Virus record (IMG/VR): IMGVR_UViG_3300031228_000016
Coordinates: 1 to 39,804 of that record
DNA length: 39,804 nt
Direction: 5' to 3' (one strand)
Source of the DNA: a virus
Taxonomy: Duplodnaviria > Caudoviricetes
Numbering within the stretch: the stretch's first letter is position 1; each line of letters starts with the position of its first letter. The notes beneath the pieces are model-generated. The model made no database searches. It was given only the letters and a program-made list of their open reading frames with translations, and had not been told where the DNA came from. The position numbers and the translations under genes were made by a program. Positions 34,239 through 39,804 of the stretch are shown in pieces.

Positions 34239-34777
34239 CCGTCATCGACTACGACCTCGAGTTCCTCGAGGACGGCCGCACCATCGAGCTGATCTCCATC
34301 GGCATGGTGTGCGACGACGGCCGCGAGTACTACGCCGTGAGCTCGGACATGCCCGTAAGGCGCATCCGCAAGCACGACTGGCTCATGGAGAACGTCGTCC
34401 CGCACCTGCCCCACGGGCACGGAGACCGCCGCAACCACCTGCCACGTAGGTGGCTGGTCGACTACTTCGACCCGACAGTGAAGGCCCGCACAACCATCGC
34501 CGCCGAGGTAGCCGCCTTCATCCAGGCTGCCGGGCCCAACGTCGAGCTGTGGGCCAACTACGGGGCCTACGACCACGTCTGCCTCGCCCAGCTCTGGGGT
34601 CGGATGATCGACCTCCCCGAGGGCGTCCCCATGTTCACCCACGACATTCAGCAGGAAGCCCGCCGCCTCGGCTACGCGTGGGACGACTTGCCGAAGCAGG
34701 AAGGCGCCGAGCACAACGCGCTCGCCGACGCCAGACACAACCAGACCGTCCGGCGCTGGCTCGCCGAACGCGCCTAG
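34235..34777 (+). CDS. DEDDh 3'-5' exoribonuclease, RNase AS (Rv2179c)-like
   Basis: YDLEFLEDG…LISIG…WL.ENV.P…LWANYGAYDHV…HNALADARH; GTGA-coupled to the endolysin. Confidence 0.88.
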   Translation: MTVIDYDLEFLEDGRTIELISIGMVCDDGREYYAVSSDMPVRRIRKHDWLMENVVPHLPHGHGDRRNHLPRRWLVDYFDPTVKARTTIAAEVAAFIQAAGPNVELWANYGAYDHVCLAQLWGRMIDLPEGVPMFTHDIQQEARRLGYAWDDLPKQEGAEHNALADARHNQTVRRWLAERA

Positions 34778-34792
34778 AAACGGACCACCATC

Positions 34793-35146
34793 ATGAGAAT
34801 CTTCGGACGCGAACCTGCTCTCATCATTGCCGCTGTGTCAGCGGGCCTGAGCCTGCTCGTCTCGTTCAACTTCGGCCTGTCGGGCGAGCAGGCGGGTGCG
34901 ATCGTCGCCGTCGTGTCCGCCGTGTTCGCCGCGGCCACCGCTGCCGTCACCCGGCCCATCGCGCCGTCCGCGTTCACCGGCCTGGTCGCCGCCGCGGTCG
35001 CCCTGCTCGGCGCTTACGGTTTCAACGTGAGCCCCGAGACCGTCGGCGCCCTGAACGCCGTCGTGCTCGCCGTCCTCGGACTCGCCACCCGCGGGCAGGT
35101 GTCACCCACGCCGGCGGCAGTAACGAAGCCGACGACCGGCGTCTGA
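34793..35146 (+). CDS. Holin
   Basis: MRIFGREPAL start, four hydrophobic segments, R.QVSP end; located in the lysis cassette. Confidence 0.82.
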   Translation: MRIFGREPALIIAAVSAGLSLLVSFNFGLSGEQAGAIVAVVSAVFAAATAAVTRPIAPSAFTGLVAAAVALLGAYGFNVSPETVGALNAVVLAVLGLATRGQVSPTPAAVTKPTTGV

Positions 35147-35159
35147 TCGGAGCCAGCAC

Positions 35160-35507
35160 GTGCCGAACGAGCCGACTCTCGGCGAGGTGATGCGCCGCCT
35201 CGAGGACGTCCGCACAGATCTCAAGGAGGACTTCCGAGACCTCGGCTCACGGCTCGACAGCAAAGTCTCCATGGAGCGCTACCAGATCGAGCAGCTGGCC
35301 AGGGACGAAGCGCTCCGAGTCATCGTCGAGCGGGTCAAGTCCATCGAGGACTCACGCGAGCAGGAAGCGAAAGACCTCCGCGACGAGCAGCAGCGACTCG
35401 CGGACCGGCGGGCACACGACCGGCGCCTCATCTTCACCGCGATCATCGCCCCGGTACTCATGCTGCTGCTCACCGTGTACATACAGACGCAGGGGGCGGC
35501 AGCGTGA
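35160..35507 (+). CDS. Coiled-coil protein with a C-terminal TM segment (lysis-cassette accessory)
   Basis: [13 protein letters not shown]…; [21 protein letters not shown]. Confidence 0.78.
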   Translation: MPNEPTLGEVMRRLEDVRTDLKEDFRDLGSRLDSKVSMERYQIEQLARDEALRVIVERVKSIEDSREQEAKDLRDEQQRLADRRAHDRRLIFTAIIAPVLMLLLTVYIQTQGAAA

Positions 35508-36178
35508 GACGACACAGGAACCTGGACGCGCTCCGCCGACGCCGCGACCTGGCGTTCGCCGTGATGGTGGCGCTTGGGCTGGCCGGGTTCGCGTTCCTCG
35601 TCATCACCATGCAGGGCCTGGCCAGTGACCTGCGTGCGGCAAACGAGGCGCGGGATGCTCTGGCCGCCCAGGTGGAGCAGTTGGGGCAGAAGCCGGTCGC
35701 CGGACCGCCCGGATCCCGCGGCGAGCCGCGCGAGGGTCCGGTCGGCCCGACAGGGCCACCCGGCCGGCAGGGCGAATCCGGTCCCACAGGCCCGCCCGGA
35801 CCGGCAGGCCCCAGCGGCAGGCCCGGACCTTCAGGCAGCCCCGGCACGGATGGTGTCGGCGAGAGCGGAGCACCCGGGCAGGACGGCGCCCCCGGAGACT
35901 CCGGGGATGCAGGCCCGCCAGGACCCCAGGGCGAACCCGGTCCGGCGGGACCAGCCGGCCCGGCCGGACCGCCGGGAGCGGACGGCAAGGACGGAGCCGA
36001 CGGACGCGACGGGCAGAACGGGCAGACCTGCCCCGACGGCTACAGCCTCCAGCCCGCGAAGGGCGACCCCGACGCGCTCGTCTGCAGGCGCACCACCAGC
36101 GAGCAGCCGCCCGCCAGCGAGCCCGGCCTACTTGGCCTGGGCGCCCTCGCAGCGACCGCCGCATACAGGAGGCTCTGA
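35504..36178 (+). CDS. Membrane-anchored collagen-like (Gly-X-Y) protein
   Basis: N-terminal TM, short coiled coil, long G-X-Y tract, then CPDGYS…LVC. Confidence 0.85.
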   Translation: MRRHRNLDALRRRRDLAFAVMVALGLAGFAFLVITMQGLASDLRAANEARDALAAQVEQLGQKPVAGPPGSRGEPREGPVGPTGPPGRQGESGPTGPPGPAGPSGRPGPSGSPGTDGVGESGAPGQDGAPGDSGDAGPPGPQGEPGPAGPAGPAGPPGADGKDGADGRDGQNGQTCPDGYSLQPAKGDPDALVCRRTTSEQPPASEPGLLGLGALAATAAYRRL

Positions 36179-36561
36179 TGGTTGGTGTTCTCCTGGCTCA
36201 CTTGGCGGGCGACTACCTGTTGCAGTCCGACTGGATGGCGAACGAGAAGACGAAGCGCTGGTGGCCCGCCTGGGCTCACGCCCTCACGTATGGGCTGCCG
36301 TTCCTGTTCGTCACCCAGTCACCGGCCGCGCTGGCGGTGATCGTTGGCACGCATGCGATCATCGATCACTACCGCCTTGCGAGACATGTCGTCTGGGTCA
36401 AGAACTTCATGGCCCCGCGCAGCTACTGGCATCCGTGGTCCGAGTGCTCGGCGACGGGCTACCACAAGGACCGACCTCCATGGATGACCGTGTGGCTGAT
36501 GATCATTGCGGACAACACGATTCACCTCGTCATCAACGTGGCCGCCGTCCACTACCTGTAG
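36178..36561 (+). CDS. DUF3307-like membrane protein
   Basis: AHLAGDYLLQSDWMA…HALTY…H..ID…DNTIH motifs. Confidence 0.82.
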   Translation: MVGVLLAHLAGDYLLQSDWMANEKTKRWWPAWAHALTYGLPFLFVTQSPAALAVIVGTHAIIDHYRLARHVVWVKNFMAPRSYWHPWSECSATGYHKDRPPWMTVWLMIIADNTIHLVINVAAVHYL

Positions 36562-36568
36562 GAGAGCT

Positions 36569-36754
36569 ATGCCCGACTTGGAGTCGCCGACGCAGCGGCC
36601 GGTGTCCCGCCGCGTGGATGAGAGTGCGGCGGATGTGGGGACGCTCGCCGCCATGGGCGTCGTACCGACACCACCCACGCCGTCCATCCGGCCGTTCCTC
36701 GAACCGTCCTTCCCGCCGCCCGGCGAGCCGGCCGGACCGGAGGATCCTTCCTGA
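36569..36754 (+). CDS. 61-aa Pro-rich protein (MPDLESPTQRP…)
   Basis: AGGAG RBS; ends just before a terminator. Confidence 0.65.
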   Translation: MPDLESPTQRPVSRRVDESAADVGTLAAMGVVPTPPTPSIRPFLEPSFPPPGEPAGPEDPS

Positions 36755-36760
36755 CGAACT

Positions 36761-36794
36761 GAACGCCCCCACCGCTCCGGCGGTGGGGGCGTTC
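36761..36794 (+). terminator. Terminator ending the late operon
   Basis: 15-bp perfect stem GAACGCCCCCACCGC-tccg-GCGGTGGGGGCGTTC. Confidence 0.85.
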
Positions 36795-36798
36795 TGCT

Positions 36799-36921
36799 GT
36801 GTCCGCAAACGAACGTCTGTCGTCAGCGGCTGCGTCTACTCCGTTCCTGCAGCACAGATATGACGAGAACTCATATCCTTAACTATGTCGCGCAAACCCC
36901 CCATTGCGCTACGCTCAATCC
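36799..36921. promoter_or_regulatory. Putative res site/promoter of the serine resolvase
   Basis: About 120 bp, AT-enriched. Related motifs TGTCCGCAAAC (about 36799) and TGTCGCGCAAAC (about 36886). Inverted repeat GATATGA-N7-TCATATC at 36857-36877. Confidence 0.55.
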
Positions 36922-37494
36922 ATGAGAATCGGATACGGGCGGGTCTCCACCCGAGACCAGAACCCCGAAGCGCAGGAGGACGCGCTCACGGCCGCCGGCT
37001 GCGACCGCATCTTCGTCGACAAGCTCAGCGGCAAGCTTGCATCACGGCCCGAGCTGGACAAGGCACTGCTGTCTGCCCGCGACGGCGACCAGTTCGTCAT
37101 CACCAAGCTGGACCGGCTCGGCCGCTCGCTGAAAAACCTGATCGAGCTGTCCGAGAAGCTGCAGAAACAGGGTGTCGCGCTCGTCGTCCTGGACCAGGGC
37201 ATCGACACCTCGACACCCGTGGGCCGTATGTTCTTCCACATCCTCGGAGCCATCGCCGAGTTCGAGCACAGCCTCATGGTCGAGCGGACCAAGGAAGGAC
37301 TCGAGGCGGCTCGGGCCCGTGGAAGGAACGGTGGACGCAAGGCGGTCCTCAAGCCCCGACAGGTCGCGCTCGCTCAGAAGATGTACGACGAGCTGGGCGA
37401 AGACGGCAAACGCAAGCACACCGTGCAGGACATCGCCGACGAACTCGGCGTCGCTCGCACCACCATCTACCGCTACCTCGAGAGGGTGAAGTAA
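36922..37494 (+). CDS. Small serine recombinase (resolvase/invertase) with a C-terminal Hin-type HTH
   Basis: [13 protein letters not shown] (catalytic Ser), [12 protein letters not shown]…[28 protein letters not shown]. Confidence 0.95.
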   Translation: MRIGYGRVSTRDQNPEAQEDALTAAGCDRIFVDKLSGKLASRPELDKALLSARDGDQFVITKLDRLGRSLKNLIELSEKLQKQGVALVVLDQGIDTSTPVGRMFFHILGAIAEFEHSLMVERTKEGLEAARARGRNGGRKAVLKPRQVALAQKMYDELGEDGKRKHTVQDIADELGVARTTIYRYLERVK

Positions 37495-37496
37495 CC

Positions 37497-38393
37497 ATGG
37501 GTCGAGAGATCCGCCGCGTGCCGCTCGACTTCGACTGGCCGCAGAGCAAGGTCTGGGAGGGCTTCCTCAGCCCCGACAAGTTCGACGAGACCCCCTGCCC
37601 CGACTGCAAGAGCGGCTACTCGCCGCACGCGCAGAACCTGTACGACCTCTGGTACGGCTACCTCCCGTTCGACCCAGCCAGCACCGGATCCACCCCTTGG
37701 CGGCACGATAGCCCCGCCGTCCAGGCGTTCGCCGAGCGCAACCTCGCCAACGCGCCGGACTACTACGGCACCGGCGAAGCCGCCCTCGTTCGCGAGGGGC
37801 AGCGGCTGGCCAGCCTGTTCAACGGCCAGTGGTCTCACCACCTCGCCCAAGACGATGTGGACGCCCTGGTCGCAGCCGGTCGACTCCGCGACTTCACCCA
37901 CACCTGGAACCGCGAGGAAGGCTGGCAGAAGATCGAGCCGCCCGTGACGCCCACCGCCGAACAAGTCAACGAGTGGTCCTTGCGCGGCATGGGACACGAC
38001 TCGATCAATGCGAGCGTCGTCATTCGGGCCCGGTGTGAGCGTGAGGGTGTCGACGAAACCTGCCCGACCTGCAAGGGACACGCCAGCCTGGAGAAGTACG
38101 AAGGCCAGCGCGCCGAGGCGGAGGCATGGGAGCCGACCGATCCGCCCAAGGGCGACGGCTGGCAGCTCTGGGAGACCGTCAGCGAAGGCTCCCCGATCAG
38201 CCCCGTGTTCGCCACGGCTGACGATCTGGCTGCCTGGATGTCCGACCCAGCTCGGGGGGACCGCTGGGTACCGCCAGCCACTGCGGCAAAGTTCATCGCT
38301 GACGGATGGGCGCCCAGTTTCGTTGGCACATCCGCTGCGGGCCTCGTGTCCGGCGTCGAGTGGGTAGGTCACCACGCGGACGACGAGAAGTGA
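37497..38393 (+). CDS. Phage hypothetical protein with two CxxC motifs (298 aa)
   Basis: GAGGG RBS; [15 protein letters not shown]…CPDC…CPTCKG…[17 protein letters not shown]. Confidence 0.8.
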   Translation: MGREIRRVPLDFDWPQSKVWEGFLSPDKFDETPCPDCKSGYSPHAQNLYDLWYGYLPFDPASTGSTPWRHDSPAVQAFAERNLANAPDYYGTGEAALVREGQRLASLFNGQWSHHLAQDDVDALVAAGRLRDFTHTWNREEGWQKIEPPVTPTAEQVNEWSLRGMGHDSINASVVIRARCEREGVDETCPTCKGHASLEKYEGQRAEAEAWEPTDPPKGDGWQLWETVSEGSPISPVFATADDLAAWMSDPARGDRWVPPATAAKFIADGWAPSFVGTSAAGLVSGVEWVGHHADDEK

Positions 38394-38398
38394 GTGGA

Positions 38399-38433
38399 CG
38401 ATGCCCCCGCCAGGGAAAGTGGCGGGGGCATCG
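38399..38433 (+). terminator. Hairpin terminator
   Basis: CGATGCCCCCGCCA-gggaaag-TGGCGGGGGCATCG. Confidence 0.75.
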
Positions 38434-38496
38434 CCGCGTCAGCGTACCTCCGCGCGGCCGTAGCGCGACTGATGTCGAACGGTGCACCATGTCGCG

Positions 38497-38676
38497 ATGA
38501 GCACTCCGTTCTCTGAGTTCATGAAGAAGTACACCAAGCCGTTCCCGGACCACGCCTGTCCCACGTGCGGCACCTGGGGCTTGCGCAGGTACGAGGAGCC
38601 GGGAGAGCAGGAGAGGGTCATCTGCACCAACCGGGAGTGCGCGACCTTCGAGCAGGTCCCTGGGATGCCGGCCTAG
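38497..38676 (+). CDS. Small zinc-ribbon protein (CPTC…CTNREC)
   Basis: Four Cys in two pairs, followed by a hairpin at 38688-38722. Start uncertain and no clear RBS. Confidence 0.55.
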   Translation: MSTPFSEFMKKYTKPFPDHACPTCGTWGLRRYEEPGEQERVICTNRECATFEQVPGMPA

Positions 38677-38687
38677 CCCGCAGCCCT

Positions 38688-38722
38688 ACGCCCCGCCTCT
38701 GCCCCCAGCGGAGGCGGGGCGT
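38688..38722. terminator. Hairpin terminator
   Basis: ACGCCCCGCCTCTGC-cccca-GCGGAGGCGGGGCGT. Confidence 0.65.
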
Positions 38723-38887
38723 TCGTGCGTTCCGGCCAGGGTCTTCCCAGCCAGCCGCTCCGGGTGCATGCTGTGCGGACCTCGCCTGCGGGTGCTACGT
38801 CCGGGCGAGGCCGCGCCCCTCCCGGCTCCCCACGGGAGGGCAGGCGCATGCCCGCGTGCACATCCTGCACATGCTCTTGACGGCCGC

Positions 38888-39214
38888 CTACTCGAGCACT
38901 CCGAGCACGGTGTCGGGCCGGCAGAACTGGCACGCCCCCGCCTCGACGCAGCCTCTCCTGGCCGCGGCCTCGTCGATGGGCTTGACCCGGGTGCCGGTCA
39001 TGCGGCAGTCCCCGGTGTGGATCTGGAGGAGTCGACGCTGGGCGCCGATGTCGTACTCGGCCAGCCACTCGGGTGGCACCGGGTCGGGGCTGGGTGTGTG
39101 GATGCGGGCTTGGTCCTCGAGGTGCCGGATCTCCTGCTGGACCCGAGCGAGCTGCAGCTGGAGCCAGGTCTCCAGGGTGCGGAGACGGGGAAGGTCGGGC
39201 GGCAGGTCGGACAC
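38888..39214 (-). CDS. DUF6233-like protein
   Basis: MSDLPPDLPRLRTLETWL…IHTGDC…ACQFCRPDTVLG; GTG start at 39214. Confidence 0.8.
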   Translation of the reverse strand: MSDLPPDLPRLRTLETWLQLQLARVQQEIRHLEDQARIHTPSPDPVPPEWLAEYDIGAQRRLLQIHTGDCRMTGTRVKPIDEAAARRGCVEAGACQFCRPDTVLGVLE

Positions 39215-39227
39215 ATGTTCGAGTCTA
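39207..39227 (-). promoter_or_regulatory. LexA (SOS) box overlapping a leaderless promoter
   Basis: The minus strand reads TAGACT (-10) overlapping TCGAAC-ATGT-GTCCGA, one mismatch from the actinobacterial TCGAAC-N4-GTTCGA. The GTG start lies 7 nt after the -10. Confidence 0.7.
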
Positions 39228-39282
39228 ATCCGTTCACGGATTCCCCTTGGGAGCGGCACTCCCCGTAGCCGACTCTTGATGC

Positions 39283-39498
39283 ATGGACATCATCGACATG
39301 GACGAGCGTAGGCCCGAGGTCCAGCCCGCCTACGACGGAATGATCTGCACCTGCGGCGAGGCGTGGTTCGTGCTGCACGGCGACAACACCGCACCGAACG
39401 GGGCGGTCTGCCTGGCCGGGGACGGGACGGTCACCGGCTACACGGGGCGACCACACTGCATGTCATGCGGAGCCCCCACCGTTGTCAGCGGCGCCTGA
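39283..39498 (+). CDS. Small Cys-rich hypothetical protein (CTCG…CMSCG)
   Basis: Plausible zinc-binding motif; weak start signals. Confidence 0.55.
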   Translation: MDIIDMDERRPEVQPAYDGMICTCGEAWFVLHGDNTAPNGAVCLAGDGTVTGYTGRPHCMSCGAPTVVSGA

Positions 39499-39633
39499 GA
39501 CACTGGATGCATCGACCCTACGAGCAAGTCGAGGATCGCTTCTGGCCCGCCGCGGCGTGATGCACCGCGGCGGGCTCGCTGCTGTCAGCCCTTCACGGCC
39601 TGCTCGACCTTGGCCCGGTTCTGCCCGGTCGCC

Positions 39634-39804
39634 TCAGCGGGTGCGGTCTCCGGCGCCAGCGTCCGGCTCGTCGCGGAAGAAGTCGGCGACGTCCACCTCG
39701 AGCGCCGCGGCGATCCGACACAGGGAGCTCACCTTCGGATCGCTGCGCCCGCTCTCGATGCGCTGGATCGTGTCGACCGAGATGGCGGTGAGGTCCCGTA
39801 AGCC
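39634..39804 (-). CDS. XRE-family HTH regulator, 5'-truncated by the window edge
   Basis: Minus frame reads GLRDLTAISVDTIQRIESGRSDPKVSSLCRIAAALEVDVADFF…*. Confidence 0.85.
   Translation of the reverse strand, partial: GLRDLTAISVDTIQRIESGRSDPKVSSLCRIAAALEVDVADFFRDEPDAGAGDRTR

Larger units (their letters stand above)
1..39804 (+). mobile_element. Part of a temperate siphovirus-type prophage (or phage-plasmid) with an HK97-type head, carrying a TraB conjugation module; boundaries not visible in the window
   Basis: Contiguous, translationally coupled packaging-head-neck-tail-lysis gene order from 12093 to 36561. The flanking genes are small phage-like ORFs and no housekeeping genes are seen. 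Confidence 0.85.

Noticed and set aside
35700-36025. GC-rich 9-bp periodic repeats
   Set aside because: Fully explained by the collagen Gly-X-Y coding sequence.
30028-37494. Invertase-driven tail-fibre switching (Mu Gin/P1 Cin type) or a diversity-generating retroelement
   Set aside because: No inverted crossover sites, no reversed alternative fibre ends, no reverse transcriptase and no TR/VR pair were seen.
1-39804. tRNA, rRNA or att core
   Set aside because: No cloverleaf, rRNA-like sequence or duplicated att-like sequence was recognised by eye. tRNAscan-SE and flanking sequence would be needed to exclude them.

Overview
This is high-GC actinobacterial (Streptomyces-like) DNA, and most of it is one siphovirus-type prophage. 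The late region looks complete and intact (about 11.4-36.8 kb): HNH, terminase, HK97-type portal, protease and capsid, neck and tail genes, a tail chaperone with a -1 frameshift, tape measure, tail tip, a beta-helix spike and a lysis cassette. The main surprise lies just upstream of the packaging genes (about 3.0-10.3 kb): a Streptomyces plasmid-type conjugation module. It has a divergent GntR/KorA-like repressor with palindromic operators, a run of small genes, an SpdB2-like 4-TM protein, a TraB (FtsK/SpoIIIE) translocase, a clt-like repeat cluster and an SpdD-like gene. It has no integrase or Rep gene of its own. A serine resolvase with a res-like site follows the lysis genes. Together these suggest a phage that can also move by TraB conjugation, possibly a phage-plasmid. 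A second candidate system is a two-gene operon (471-2968): an HNH nuclease fused to an SF2 helicase, plus a partner whose gene contains a low-GC patch with a codon-symmetric palindrome. All family names come from motif recognition by eye; no searches were run. The integrase, replication genes and att sites are not in this window.
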